Shown one piece after another: positions 28,037 through 39,893 of a DNA stretch of 64,000 bases. The position numbers and the translations under genes are program-made. How positions within the stretch are numbered: position 1 is the stretch's first letter; each line of letters begins with the position of its first letter. Source of the DNA: Eubacterium sp. (lineage in GTDB: Bacteria > Bacillota > Clostridia > Lachnospirales > Lachnospiraceae); contig JAAWJJ010000002.1 in assembly GCA_022796875.1 (NCBI GenBank), positions 21,819 to 85,818 on the forward strand, read 5' to 3'. Below the pieces are notes generated by a model that searched no databases, was not told the DNA's origin, and saw nothing but the letters and a program-made list of their open reading frames with translations.

Positions 28037-28363
28037 GCTCTGTTTCCTCCCGTTCGCCTTTTATTCTATCCCGTTCGCTTTTCATCCTATATAGTATATA
28101 AAAACAAGAGTTCCGTCAACCTCAGAATTACCGGATGTGTCAAACACCGTATGAGGCAATTTCTAAAATGTTGCTGTCAGTCTGTACAAAATATAACAAT
28201 CGCCTGCTTCATCAAATGGATTTTCTAACCGCTCTGACCTGATTACTTTTGTGTACGCAACCGCCCTCAATGCGCCGTCCGAAACCCAAACCCGGCAGCA
28301 AATGTTTTTATAGCAGAAAACAGCACCCAAACCGCTCCGGCTCAGATGCTGTATGTACTGCTA

Positions 28364-28984
28364 TCAATCATTCATTCCTGATGATTCCGCTGACATCCTT
28401 TCCCTGATATAACTCTCCAGAAGATCCGTCGTTCTTGGAATCCCCAGTTTATTGCTTTTTATACATAAATCATAATTATCGGAATCTCCCCATCTTCTTC
28501 CTTCGGAATGTCGGTGATAATACTGCGTCCTTTTTTTGTCGATCTTTCTGATCCGGGAAAGCGCCTCTGCTTTCGACAGGTTTTCCGTTTCCGCAATACG
28601 AGCTACCCTGAACTGCTGCTCCGCCGTAACATAAACAGATACAAGACAGCCATAATCGTTCAACGCCACATCCGCGCAACGGCCTACCACTACAAAAGAC
28701 TCCCCTGCCTGTGCTTTTGTCTTTAAAAATTTGAATTGAAATTCTGCTACGACATCCTCAAAAGAATTGGAATACTTGCCTATCCGGCGGGATTCAAGCG
28801 GTCTTTTCGGAGCCTCGTCATATCTTTTCAGTTCCTCAATCGGCAGATTCTGATGCTTTGCAATCTCCTGCAGAATATTTCTGTCATAAAGCGTAAGCCC
28901 GAAATCCTCTGCAATCTTTTGTGCAATGTCACGTCCGCCGCTTCCATATTCACGGCTGACTGAAATAATGATTTGTTTCTCCAT
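28364..28984 (-). CDS. cytidylate kinase-like family protein
   Basis: IIISVSREYGSGGRDIAQKIAEDFGLTLYDRNIL is the typical N-terminus of this family. Confidence 0.7.
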   Translation of the reverse strand: MEKQIIISVSREYGSGGRDIAQKIAEDFGLTLYDRNILQEIAKHQNLPIEELKRYDEAPKRPLESRRIGKYSNSFEDVVAEFQFKFLKTKAQAGESFVVVGRCADVALNDYGCLVSVYVTAEQQFRVARIAETENLSKAEALSRIRKIDKKRTQYYHRHSEGRRWGDSDNYDLCIKSNKLGIPRTTDLLESYIRERMSAESSGMND

Positions 28985-28993
28985 ATTCCCCTC

Positions 28994-30346
28994 CTAGCAA
29001 TACCTTATGAAGATAATAACCATGGATACTAAAACTACGATAACGGTTGCCGGAACCGCCGACTTGCAATATTTTCCCCATCCGATAAAATGGCCGTTCT
29101 TCGCTGCAACCGATGTGCCGACAACATTCGCAGACGCACCGATCGGCGTCGCGCTTCCTCCGATATCCGTACCCATAGACAGCGTCCATGCCAGCGTTTC
29201 CAAGCTGACGCCTTGCGTTGCCGCCAGACTTTTTATAACCGGGATCATTGTTGCCGCAAAAGGAATATTATCTACAAACGCACTTGCAATCGCAGATACC
29301 CAGATGATAATTGCAACGATTAACAGTATGTTGCCACCGCTGATGATGCCGATAAATGCGGCGATCTTTTCCAATATTCCCGTTTCTTCCAGGCCGCCTA
29401 CTACAATAAACAATCCTACAAAAAACAGCAATGTTTTATAATCTACTTTTTTCAAAAGCCTAACCGCGTCTTTTCCCGCGAAAACAAGCGTCACAATCGC
29501 GATCACAAGGCCGATAAACGCCACCGAAAGACCCGTTTGCGCATGCGTCACGAGCAAAACGACCGCACAGCCGAAAATAATACTGCTTACCGCGAAATCG
29601 CGCTTGTTGGTAATAGCCTCCGCCGGTTTCGGCATTTTAGCCAGTTCCGCTTCATCCACACCGCCTTTTGCCATTTCCTTACGGAACACAAAATAGTAAT
29701 AAATCACAACCAGTACCAAGCTGATTCCGGCCATCATTCCCGTATTTGTTAAAAAGTCCGAAAACGAATAATGCAGCGACGTACCGATAATAATATTCGG
29801 CGGATCCCCGCACATCGTTGCCGATCCTCCCAGGTTCGCACAGAAAATTTCCGACAGGATCATCGGAACCGGGTCAAATTTCAAAAGTTTTGACAATTCG
29901 ATCGTTACCGCCGCCAGAAACAGGATCACCGTAATACTGTCAATAAACATTGCCAGCACCGCCGACATGACCATAAAAGTAAGAAACAGCGGAATCGGTT
30001 TATAGTGTACGATTTTTGCCAGCTGCATACAAAGCCATCGGAAAAATCCCGCCTTTGCCATCCCCTCTACCATCACCATCATACCGAATATAAATATAAT
30101 AGTAGACCAGTTGATTCCGGAGGAAGAACTTTCCCCTCCTGCCGCATACCAGAATCCCAGCGTAAATATGCTATGTACATTTAACGTTGTAATAACTGCT
30201 TTCAGGCTGTGCATCGCTACGCCAAACGCCAGAATCAACGTCAGCGCGCCACAGCCTAACGTGACGATATGACGTTCAATTTTGTCCATGACGATTAATA
30301 AAAACATTGCTGCAAAAATAATAACGGCTATGATTTGTGCTGCCAT
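28994..30346 (-). CDS. ArsB/NhaD-superfamily (SLC13-like) permease
   Basis: 450-aa polytopic membrane protein with citrate-transporter-like repeats. Confidence 0.65.
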   Translation of the reverse strand: MAAQIIAVIIFAAMFLLIVMDKIERHIVTLGCGALTLILAFGVAMHSLKAVITTLNVHSIFTLGFWYAAGGESSSSGINWSTIIFIFGMMVMVEGMAKAGFFRWLCMQLAKIVHYKPIPLFLTFMVMSAVLAMFIDSITVILFLAAVTIELSKLLKFDPVPMILSEIFCANLGGSATMCGDPPNIIIGTSLHYSFSDFLTNTGMMAGISLVLVVIYYYFVFRKEMAKGGVDEAELAKMPKPAEAITNKRDFAVSSIIFGCAVVLLVTHAQTGLSVAFIGLVIAIVTLVFAGKDAVRLLKKVDYKTLLFFVGLFIVVGGLEETGILEKIAAFIGIISGGNILLIVAIIIWVSAIASAFVDNIPFAATMIPVIKSLAATQGVSLETLAWTLSMGTDIGGSATPIGASANVVGTSVAAKNGHFIGWGKYCKSAVPATVIVVLVSMVIIFIRYC

Positions 30347-30380
30347 ATCTCATTACCTTCTTTCTTCAAAACCATTTACT

Positions 30381-30632
30381 ATTATAGCCTTTTTTGATTC
30401 TTCGTCAAGACTTTTTTTACTTCTGCTTCATACACGGCTTCCGTATGGGCATCAAACAACACCCATTCCACCAGGTCAAAACTGTCCTTATGGCTATCTA
30501 AAAACCTGCCGTCCGATGGATTGCTCCGTCCACACCGCCGCCTCCCAAAAGGGAACCATTGGCAGCATTAACAATCGCCTGAACATCTGTGATTTTTGTA
30601 ATATCGCCTTTTATCGTTTTTATCAAATACAT
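30381..30632 (-). pseudogene. macro-domain (O-acetyl-ADP-ribose deacetylase-like) gene remnant with internal deletion and premature stop
   Basis: The minus strand from ATG 30632 reads [44 protein letters not shown] then stop (30498-30500). A C-terminal remnant ...VEWVLFDAHTEAVYEAEVKK follows in another frame. The middle of the roughly 170-aa domain is missing. Confidence 0.65.
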
Positions 30633-30700
30633 TTTATACACCGTCCTTTCTGTCGTCCAACAATAGAAAACACACTCTGCGAACCTTCTATTGTCATGAA

Positions 30701-30741
30701 TTTAAAAAACGGTAAAGAGAACTACTCTCTACCGTTTTTTA
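30701..30741. terminator. bidirectional rho-independent terminator downstream of dnaJ
   Basis: ACGGTAAAGAGA-actac-TCTCTACCGT flanked by an A-run and a T-run. Confidence 0.7.
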
Positions 30742-30752
30742 TATTGTTTCTT

Positions 30753-31904
30753 TTATGTTCTTTTTCGGAATCCTTTCTTTTTATGCTTCTCTTCTTTCCC
30801 GCTTTCCGGTTTCTTTAATGAATTGTCCGTTGCCTCGTCAAACTTCCGAAGCGCCTGTTTTGCCTCTTCGTTCAGTCTTGTCGGCACTTGTACGACTAAC
30901 GTCACATACTGGTCGCCGCGAACGTTTTTATTCCGCAGCGACGGAACGCCTTTTCCTCTCAGGCGAATCTGGGTATCCGTCTGCGTTCCCGGTTTCACTT
31001 CATACAATACGTCGCCGTCGATCGTGCTGATCCGTACTTCCGCCCCCAGCGCTGCCTGAGCGAATGTCAGAGGCGCCGTCGAATAAATATCCATATCGCG
31101 GCGCTGGAAAATCGGATGTCTGGAAATAGCCACCTGGACTAACAGGTCGCCCCGCGGGCCTCCGTTGACGCCCGGCTCCCCTTTTCCGCGGATGCGCACG
31201 CTCTGCCCGTCGTCAATGCCTGCCGGAATCGATACCTGAATCTTTTTGCGACGGGAAACATAACCCTGGCCATGGCAGTCCGGGCATTTTTCTTTTACAA
31301 CCTTGCCGCTGCCGTTACACTCCGGACAGGTCTGTACATTCTGCATCATGCCGAACAGGGACTGCTGGGTATACATTACTTTTCCTTTGCCGCCGCACTT
31401 TTTACAGGTTTCCGGACTGGTTCCCGGCTTCGCCCCGGTCGCATGGCAGGTCGCGCACTCTTCTTTTAATGTAATATCCAGTTCTTTTTCACAACCAAAG
31501 ACAGCTTCTTCAAACGTAATACGCACGACCGCCCGCAGATTTGCCCCCTGCATCGGACCGTTGTTTGCGCGGCGTCTGGATCCTCCGCCGAACAGATCTC
31601 CGAAAATATCCCCGAAGATATCTCCCATGTCCATGCCTGAAAAATCAAACCCGCCGGCTCCTCCTGCGCCGCTTTCAAAAGCCGCGTGTCCGAACTGGTC
31701 GTATTGTCTTCTCTTTTCATCATCGCTCAAAACCGCATATGCTTCCGAAGCTTCCTTAAACTTTTTCTCCGCTTCAGTATCACCCGGATTTGCATCCGGG
31801 TGATATTTTTTTGCCAAGGAACGATATGCTTTTTTTATTGCCGACGCATCCGCGTTGCGGTCTACGCCCAACACTTCATAGTAATCTCGTTTTTGGTCTG
31901 CCAT
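30753..31904 (-). CDS. dnaJ: molecular chaperone DnaJ
   Basis: J-domain YYEVLGV...KKYHPD, a G/F region and four CxxCxGxG zinc motifs. Confidence 0.97.
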   Translation of the reverse strand: MADQKRDYYEVLGVDRNADASAIKKAYRSLAKKYHPDANPGDTEAEKKFKEASEAYAVLSDDEKRRQYDQFGHAAFESGAGGAGGFDFSGMDMGDIFGDIFGDLFGGGSRRRANNGPMQGANLRAVVRITFEEAVFGCEKELDITLKEECATCHATGAKPGTSPETCKKCGGKGKVMYTQQSLFGMMQNVQTCPECNGSGKVVKEKCPDCHGQGYVSRRKKIQVSIPAGIDDGQSVRIRGKGEPGVNGGPRGDLLVQVAISRHPIFQRRDMDIYSTAPLTFAQAALGAEVRISTIDGDVLYEVKPGTQTDTQIRLRGKGVPSLRNKNVRGDQYVTLVVQVPTRLNEEAKQALRKFDEATDNSLKKPESGKEEKHKKKGFRKRT

Positions 31905-31937
31905 AATTTTTTCCTCATGATTATTTTACACTAATTA

Positions 31938-33890
<1,953 letters not shown>

Positions 33891-33897
33891 TCAGCAG

Positions 33898-34596
33898 TTA
33901 ATTTGCCACCTGGACCATTGAATGACGCACTACACTGTCATGGTACATATAACCTTTTTGCAGCTCCTGTACGACGATATTTTCGCCGTAATTTTCATCG
34001 TCGATATGCATTACAGCGTTATGCAGGTTCGGGTCAAACTCTTTGCCCTCCGCCTCAATCGGCGTTACTCCTGCTTCCGTAAGCACCGCCATCATCTGCT
34101 TATATATTTTATCCATGCCTTCGGCAAATGGCTCCGCCTTTTCTTCCTCAGATAATGCTGCCAGCCCTCTTTCAAAATTGTCCACTACCGGCAGAATTTT
34201 TTCTATCATGCTTTTAGCGCCGGTTTCAAACATCTGGGTCTTCTCTTTTTCCGTCCGCTTGCGGAAATTATCAAACTCCGCCATCTGGCGTTTCACCCTG
34301 TCAGTCAGTTCTTCGATCTGTTCCTGCTCTTTGGATTTTTTCTTTTTAAAAATGCCTTCTTTTTTGCCGCGGCTTTCTGTGTCCGCCGCTTCTTTGCCGT
34401 CCGCGTCCACGTTGTCTTCTGCGGCTGTCGGTTCTTTTTCAGCCGTTTCCGCAGGATCCGCCGCTTCTTTACCGTCATCTGTATCGGTTTCGCTGCCGGT
34501 ACCTGCATTTGTATCGGCTGCCGCTTTATTTTCACCTGTTTCCGTCTGACATTCCGTGTCGTTCGCTTCTTTTGTTTCTTTCATTTCCTCTGCCAT
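33898..34596 (-). CDS. grpE: nucleotide exchange factor GrpE
   Basis: Acidic N-terminal tail, AEFDNFRKRTEKE coiled coil and a C-terminal beta domain. Lies between hrcA and dnaK. Confidence 0.93.
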   Translation of the reverse strand: MAEEMKETKEANDTECQTETGENKAAADTNAGTGSETDTDDGKEAADPAETAEKEPTAAEDNVDADGKEAADTESRGKKEGIFKKKKSKEQEQIEELTDRVKRQMAEFDNFRKRTEKEKTQMFETGAKSMIEKILPVVDNFERGLAALSEEEKAEPFAEGMDKIYKQMMAVLTEAGVTPIEAEGKEFDPNLHNAVMHIDDENYGENIVVQELQKGYMYHDSVVRHSMVQVAN

Positions 34597-34617
34597 TAGT
34601 TACCTCCTTTACCACAG

Positions 34618-35649
34618 TCACCTGTCTTTTCTGAAAATATCATCTAACTGGACTTTTAATGTTTTCAGATTATCCACTACATTTTCATAATCCATTCGTT
34701 TCGGTCCGATAATCCCGACGGTACCTGTCATTCCATCTCCCATATTATACGTAGCCGTTACGATACTGCAGTCTTTCATATTCTGAATCGGAGCTTCATC
34801 CCCGATATAAACCTGAATGCCGGTTTCCGTTTCGTCCCCGGTCTTTGTCACGAACGTTGCCAGCTGCTCTTTCTCCTCCAGGACATTCAACAATTCCGTC
34901 GCTTTCTCGGAATCGCATAATTCCGGATATTTAAAAATATTTGTCGCGCCGCTCGTATAGATCTCCAGATCTTTGCCTTCATGTATTGCCGCTCCTACGG
35001 CATCCAGTACCTGATTGACAATATCCGAATGGGACCCCGCTTTTTCTTTCAGCATGGAGATCGTGCCAAGATTGATTTCCTCAATCGTCAGGCCGTTCAG
35101 GCCGGTATTCAGCAAAATATTCAGCTTTAACAGCGTTTCATTATCCAGCGGTTCCGCAATATTCAGCATTTTGTTCCGCACAATATTTCCCTCTATGACG
35201 ATCACCGCCAACAGGTGCGTTTCGTCTACGGAAGAAAGCTGGATAAATTTTACGGCATTCCGTTTTGCTCTGGGAGCCGTAACCATTGTCGTATAATTGG
35301 TATTTGCCGCCAGCATTTTTGCAATCTGCTGTAATACGAGATCTACTTTCTCCGTATGTTCAATCACAAAATTTTTCATATCGGAAATTTCTTTTTCTTT
35401 TTCCTCCATCAAATGATCCACGTAAAAACGGTATCCTTTGTCGGAAGGTATCCTGCCGGCAGACGTATGCGGCTGTACGATATAACCCATTTCTTCCAGA
35501 TCCGACATTTCGTTCCGAATCGTCGCTGAACTCAGATTCATATCTTCGTATTTAGAAATTGTCCTGGAACCAACCGGTTCTCCGGTTTCCAGATAATTGC
35601 GGATGATGGCATTTAAAATTTTTACTTTCCGTTCGCCTAATCCCTCCAC
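34618..35649 (-). CDS. hrcA: heat-inducible transcription repressor HrcA
   Basis: ERKVKILNAIIRNYLETGEPVGSRTISKY N-terminus. Start set to GTG 35649 (GGAG 8 nt upstream, 343 aa), because the longer track ORF (to 35766) would run through the CIRCE operator. Confidence 0.9.
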   Translation of the reverse strand: MEGLGERKVKILNAIIRNYLETGEPVGSRTISKYEDMNLSSATIRNEMSDLEEMGYIVQPHTSAGRIPSDKGYRFYVDHLMEEKEKEISDMKNFVIEHTEKVDLVLQQIAKMLAANTNYTTMVTAPRAKRNAVKFIQLSSVDETHLLAVIVIEGNIVRNKMLNIAEPLDNETLLKLNILLNTGLNGLTIEEINLGTISMLKEKAGSHSDIVNQVLDAVGAAIHEGKDLEIYTSGATNIFKYPELCDSEKATELLNVLEEKEQLATFVTKTGDETETGIQVYIGDEAPIQNMKDCSIVTATYNMGDGMTGTVGIIGPKRMDYENVVDNLKTLKVQLDDIFRKDR

Positions 35650-35696
35650 GCGATCACTCCAGTCTGAATTTACTAAATCCTGTTTTTCTTTTGCTG

Positions 35697-35723
35697 TTAG
35701 CACTCGTTTGTTAGGAGTGCTAA
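35697..35723 (-). promoter_or_regulatory. CIRCE operator (HrcA binding site)
   Basis: Perfect TTAGCACTC-N9-GAGTGCTAA. Confidence 0.95.
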
Positions 35724-35734
35724 CATCTGTAAAT

Positions 35735-35763
35735 AAAATAGCACTATCCTTTTTCTTTGTCAA
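35735..35763 (-). promoter_or_regulatory. sigma-A promoter of the hrcA-grpE-dnaK-dnaJ operon
   Basis: Minus strand reads TTGACA - 17 nt - TATTTT, immediately upstream of CIRCE. Confidence 0.7.
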
Positions 35764-35797
35764 CACTATTTGAATAAGTTTTTTAAATTATTTTATA

Positions 35798-35969
35798 AAC
35801 AGTTCAGCCATCGCCAAAATTACGGGCGAATCATGCTTGCATGAATGAGCACGGAATTGCAGGCGATGAGCGGAACGCCCCTTAAGCCTCCGACAGAAGT
35901 TGCTCCAGCAGCGATAGCCTGCCCGGCATGCGGTCTGTGGCTTGTTTCAGGGGCGTGGGCTGAACTGTT
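35798..35969 (+). repeat. structured repeat element copy B (same family as 10389-10565), orphan between hemW and the hrcA promoter
   Basis: Full-length alignment to copy A. Perfect 12-bp terminal pairing AACAGTTCAGCC / GGCTGAACTGTT (35798-35809 / 35958-35969). Confidence 0.75.
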
Positions 35970-35989
35970 TCTGTTCTGTTTACTATTCC

Positions 35990-36019
35990 TAAGGGGGGGG
36001 GCGTGGACTAAACTGTTAC
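35990..36019 (+). repeat. solo 3'-end fragment of the same repeat family
   Basis: TAAGGGGGGGGCGTGGACTAAACTGTTAC matches the 3' end of copy A (TAAAGGGGCGTGGGGCAAACTGTTAC). It abuts the hemW stop codon. Confidence 0.65.
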
Positions 36020-36023
36020 TATA

Positions 36024-37196
36024 TTATAGCAAAAAGAAACTCATACAATAATTTGCCAGATCAATTCCTTTCGGTGTCAGACACAGCCGTCCGCCTTTCT
36101 CTTCCAGCAAACGTTCCTTTTTTAAACGCTCTTGCGCTTCCCCGAAAACTTCTTCCGTCTTTTTCCCGAATTTTCCCGCAAATTCCTGCCTGCTGACGCC
36201 TTCTATCAGACGCAGCCCCAAAAACATCGTTTCTTCCATCTGCTCTTTCTGTGTCAGTTTTTGCACCTGGTACGAAGCGAAATCACCGTTTAAATATTTT
36301 TCCAACTCCGACGTATTTTGAAAACGGGTTTCCATAAAAAGGGAAGACGCTCCCAATCCAAATCCCAGATAAGGCGTTCGTTTCCAGTATCCGACATTCT
36401 GCCTACATTCATACCCTTTTTTTGCATAATTGGAAATTTCATATTGTGCATATCCGTACCGTTTTAAAATATCCGCCGTTTGCCAGTACATTTCACGCTC
36501 CGTTTCTTCCTCCGGCAGCAGCATACATGCTTCTCCCCGTTCCCTTTTTTTCTGATCTTTTGCATAGGTTTCATAAAAAGGCGTGCCCTCTTCGAGAATC
36601 AGGCTGTATGCGGATATATGCTCCGGATGCAGGCTGCATACTTTATGCAGATTTGTTTCATAATTTTTAAGACTTTGTCCGGGAAGCGCCATCATCAGGT
36701 CAATATTGCAATTGTCAAACCCACATTCCCTTACCAGTTCATAGTTATGCAGAAACTGCTCCCAGGTATGAATCCGCCCTAACAGCTTCAATTTTTCATT
36801 ATCCGCGGACTGCAGCCCGATGCTGATCCGGTTGATTCCGTTTTTCCTGTAACAGAGCAGCTTTTCCCTGTTTAAAGTTCCCGGATTACATTCTATCGTA
36901 ATTTCAGCATCCCCGCATACTTCATAATTTTCAGTAATCGTATCCAAAATCCGCATGATACTGCCCGCATCCAAAAGGGAAGGTGTCCCACCGCCCAAAA
37001 ATACGGAGGACACCTTATAACCCGCCAAATATTCTTCACTTGCTTTTTCAGGAATTTCTTCACAAAGCCTGTCCACATACGCCGACTGCCTTTCTTCGGA
37101 AGCAGGAAACGACAAAAAATCACAATACCTGCATTTCCTGACGCAAAACGGGATGTGTACATATAATTCCATCGTCTGTTTTTCCATATGATTCAT
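36024..37196 (-). CDS. hemW: radical SAM heme chaperone HemW (HemN-like, oxygen-independent coproporphyrinogen oxidase family)
   Basis: LYVHIPFCVRKCRYCDF CxxxCxxC motif, in the lepA-hemN-hrcA synteny. The exact start is uncertain (ATGs at 37196, 37187, 37172). Confidence 0.85.
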   Translation of the reverse strand: MNHMEKQTMELYVHIPFCVRKCRYCDFLSFPASEERQSAYVDRLCEEIPEKASEEYLAGYKVSSVFLGGGTPSLLDAGSIMRILDTITENYEVCGDAEITIECNPGTLNREKLLCYRKNGINRISIGLQSADNEKLKLLGRIHTWEQFLHNYELVRECGFDNCNIDLMMALPGQSLKNYETNLHKVCSLHPEHISAYSLILEEGTPFYETYAKDQKKRERGEACMLLPEEETEREMYWQTADILKRYGYAQYEISNYAKKGYECRQNVGYWKRTPYLGFGLGASSLFMETRFQNTSELEKYLNGDFASYQVQKLTQKEQMEETMFLGLRLIEGVSRQEFAGKFGKKTEEVFGEAQERLKKERLLEEKGGRLCLTPKGIDLANYCMSFFLL

Positions 37197-37198
37197 CT

Positions 37199-37765
37199 TT
37201 ATTCATTTTCCCCTTTTCGGAAAGGTACTGTAATCCAATATCTTTTCATCTTGCATCCATCAACATCTATGGTTTTCTCATAAACCCCGCCATTAGCAAG
37301 TATTACCTTTTCACTGGCTGCATTTTCAATATCACAAGTAATAAGAATTTTTTCTATTCCCATTGATTTTGCATTTTGTATATTCAAACGAAGCATTTCC
37401 TTTGCATAACCTTTGCCGCGTTCAGATGGACGCACTGAATACCCACAATGCCCTCCCCACGTTCCAAGAACAGGATGATTTATGTGATGACGCAAATCTA
37501 TCACGCCTACTACTTTATCATCTTTCCTGCATACAGCTAAGTATGTATGCGCGGGAACATTCATTCCCACATCGCCGCATGTTTCTTCATTTTTTCCAAG
37601 TTCACATATTTTTATCCATTCTTCAGAAGACTTACTTACATCAAGCAATAGGCAACCTGCAAACTGGTCTTCATTTTCTGCGTCACATTCCAAAATTTCC
37701 TGACGAAATTTCCATATTTCATCTGCATACATCTTTTGAGGTTCTATTAATAAAATTTGCTCCAT
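37199..37765 (-). CDS. GNAT-family N-acetyltransferase
   Basis: 188 aa. The RGKGYAKEML acetyl-CoA binding motif region is present. Confidence 0.75.
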   Translation of the reverse strand: MEQILLIEPQKMYADEIWKFRQEILECDAENEDQFAGCLLLDVSKSSEEWIKICELGKNEETCGDVGMNVPAHTYLAVCRKDDKVVGVIDLRHHINHPVLGTWGGHCGYSVRPSERGKGYAKEMLRLNIQNAKSMGIEKILITCDIENAASEKVILANGGVYEKTIDVDGCKMKRYWITVPFRKGENE

Positions 37766-37842
37766 TCTTATATCTCCATAAATCCGGATTCTATATTTGA
37801 TTATAAAATCCTGATCTATTCTGTTTACCTATTCGTTTTCGT

Positions 37843-39648
37843 CTACTCATCCAGTTTCAGGACGCTCATAAAAGCTTTCTGCGGAATTTCCACGCTGCCG
37901 ACCTGCCGCATCCGCTTCTTGCCCTCTTTCTGTTTTTCCAGCAGCTTCCGTTTCCGGGTAATATCGCCGCCATAACATTTGGCAAGCACGTCTTTTCTCA
38001 TGGCTTTTACCGTTTCACGGGCGATGATCTTGCCGCCTACGGCCGCCTGGATCGGAATCTCAAATAAATGCCGCGGAATTTCTTCTTTCAGTTTTTCGCA
38101 CATTTTTCTGCCGCGCTCATACGCCGTAGAAGAATGTACGATAAAAGACAACGCGTCCACTTCTTCTTTGTTAATCAGTATATCCAGTTTCACCAGTTCG
38201 GACCGTTCATATCCGCTTACTTCATAATCAAAAGACGCATATCCGCGGGAACGTGATTTTAACGCATCGAAAAAATCATAAATAATCTCATTCAGCGGCA
38301 GCGTATATTTGATTAACGCTCTTGCCTCTTCTATATATTCCATACTGACGTAGGTACCGCGCCGTTCCTGGCACAAATCCATAATTGCGCCGATATATTC
38401 GCTCGTTACCATGATTTCTGCCGCAACGATCGGTTCTTCCATATAATCAATTTCCGACGGATTCGGCAGGTTGGACGGATTGGTAAGTTCAATAACTTCC
38501 CCGTTTGTTTTGTGCACTTTATAAATAACACCCGGCGCGGTCGTTACCAGATCCAGATTGTATTCCCGTTCCAGACGCTCCTGCACGATTTCCAGGTGCA
38601 AAAGTCCCAGAAAACCACAGCGGAATCCAAATCCCAGCGCAATCGATGTTTCCGCCTCAAAATGCAGGGCGGCATCGTTTAACTGCAGTTTTTCCAGCGC
38701 GTCCCGCAAGTCCGGATATTTGGCTCCATCCGCCGGATACAGGCCGCAATACACCATCGGATTGGCTTTCTTATATCCCGGCAAAGCTTCTTTGCAGGGA
38801 TTCGCCGCGTCCGTAATCGTATCACCCACCTGCGTATCCCGTACGTTTTTCAGGCTTGCGGTAATATAACCGACCATCCCAGCGGAAAGCTCTTCGCACG
38901 GAAAAAACTGTCCCGCCCCAAAATAACCGACTTCCACCACGTCCGCTTTCGTGCCGGTCGCCATCATCCGAATCTTCGTTCCCGATTTTACCATCCCCTC
39001 CATGATCCGGCAAAATACGATGACTCCTTTATAGGAATCATACAGCGAATCAAAAATCAGAGCCTTTAACGGCGCATGGATATCCCCTTTCGGCGCCGGA
39101 ATTTTTTCCACGATCTGATCCAGCACCTGTTCCACATTCAGGCCGGTCTTTGCCGAAATCCGCGGCGCGTCCTGCGCTTCGATCCCGATAATATCCTCGA
39201 TTTCTTCTATCACGCGTTCCGGCTGCGCACTCGGCAAATCAATCTTATTGATAACCGGAAAAATATCCAGATCATGATCGAGCGCCAGGTACACGTTCGC
39301 CATTGTCTGGGCTTCGATCCCCTGAGCCGCGTCTACCACAAGAATCGCTCCGTCACAGGCCGCCAGGCTTCTTGACACTTCATAATTAAAATCGACGTGT
39401 CCCGGCGTATCAATCAGGTTAAAGATGTATTCTTCCCCGTTTTTATCTTTGTAAATTGTGCGCACGGCCTGCGCCTTGATCGTAATCCCCCGCTCCCGTT
39501 CCAAATCCATATTGTCCAGCACCTGCGACTGCATTTCCCGGCTCGTCAGCAGGCCGGTCATTTCAATGATGCGGTCGGCAAGCGTAGACTTTCCGTGATC
39601 TATATGTGCAATGATACAAAAATTTCTGATTTTACTCTGATCTGTCAT
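37843..39648 (-). CDS. lepA: translation elongation factor 4 (LepA)
   Basis: [21 protein letters not shown]1 motif. Start ATG 39648 follows GAGGAG, giving 601 aa. The track ORF extends to 39771. Confidence 0.96.
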   Translation of the reverse strand: MTDQSKIRNFCIIAHIDHGKSTLADRIIEMTGLLTSREMQSQVLDNMDLERERGITIKAQAVRTIYKDKNGEEYIFNLIDTPGHVDFNYEVSRSLAACDGAILVVDAAQGIEAQTMANVYLALDHDLDIFPVINKIDLPSAQPERVIEEIEDIIGIEAQDAPRISAKTGLNVEQVLDQIVEKIPAPKGDIHAPLKALIFDSLYDSYKGVIVFCRIMEGMVKSGTKIRMMATGTKADVVEVGYFGAGQFFPCEELSAGMVGYITASLKNVRDTQVGDTITDAANPCKEALPGYKKANPMVYCGLYPADGAKYPDLRDALEKLQLNDAALHFEAETSIALGFGFRCGFLGLLHLEIVQERLEREYNLDLVTTAPGVIYKVHKTNGEVIELTNPSNLPNPSEIDYMEEPIVAAEIMVTSEYIGAIMDLCQERRGTYVSMEYIEEARALIKYTLPLNEIIYDFFDALKSRSRGYASFDYEVSGYERSELVKLDILINKEEVDALSFIVHSSTAYERGRKMCEKLKEEIPRHLFEIPIQAAVGGKIIARETVKAMRKDVLAKCYGGDITRKRKLLEKQKEGKKRMRQVGSVEIPQKAFMSVLKLDE

Positions 39649-39810
39649 TTGTAACTCCTCTCGTTTACCATCAGGTTTTATATCTGTAAAAACTTTCTTA
39701 TTCGTTTGGATTATATTAGTATAACAATCAAATTTTCCTTTGTAAAGATATTCCCGCAACAGTAAAAACATTATAAAAACGTGTAAAGGTGATCAGGAAT
39801 ACTTGTTTTT

Positions 39811-39824
39811 CGAATATTTGTTCG
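39811..39824 (+). promoter_or_regulatory. candidate LexA (Cheo/SOS) box 1
   Basis: CGAATATTTGTTCG compared with the Firmicute consensus CGAAC-N4-GTTCG (one mismatch). It lies 7 nt upstream of the -35. Confidence 0.55.
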
Positions 39825-39831
39825 TTTTTGC

Positions 39832-39860
39832 TTGCTTTTTTCCATGCGATATAGTATACT
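39832..39860 (+). promoter_or_regulatory. sigma-A promoter of the radical-SAM/DUF4130 pair
   Basis: TTGCTT - 17 nt - TATACT. Confidence 0.5.
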
Positions 39861-39868
39861 ATAGAAAA

Positions 39869-39882
39869 AGAACGTATATTCG
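39869..39882 (+). promoter_or_regulatory. candidate LexA (Cheo/SOS) box 2
   Basis: AGAACGTATATTCG has a GAAC-N4-aTTC core with one mismatch. It lies between the -10 and the RBS. Confidence 0.5.
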
Positions 39883-39893
39883 AGGTTTTATTT

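Noticed and set aside
28048-28082. Direct repeat TCCCGTTCGC(C)TTTT x2 (21-nt period) in the NUDIX 5' leader.
   Set aside because: It is probably a local duplication of the RBS region (GGGAGG / GGGATAG on the coding strand). It is too short and isolated to support a regulatory claim.
39649-39771. N-terminal extension of the lepA ORF.
   Set aside because: The canonical LepA N-terminus ([22 protein letters not shown]) starts at 39648 after GAGGAG. The extension has no RBS.
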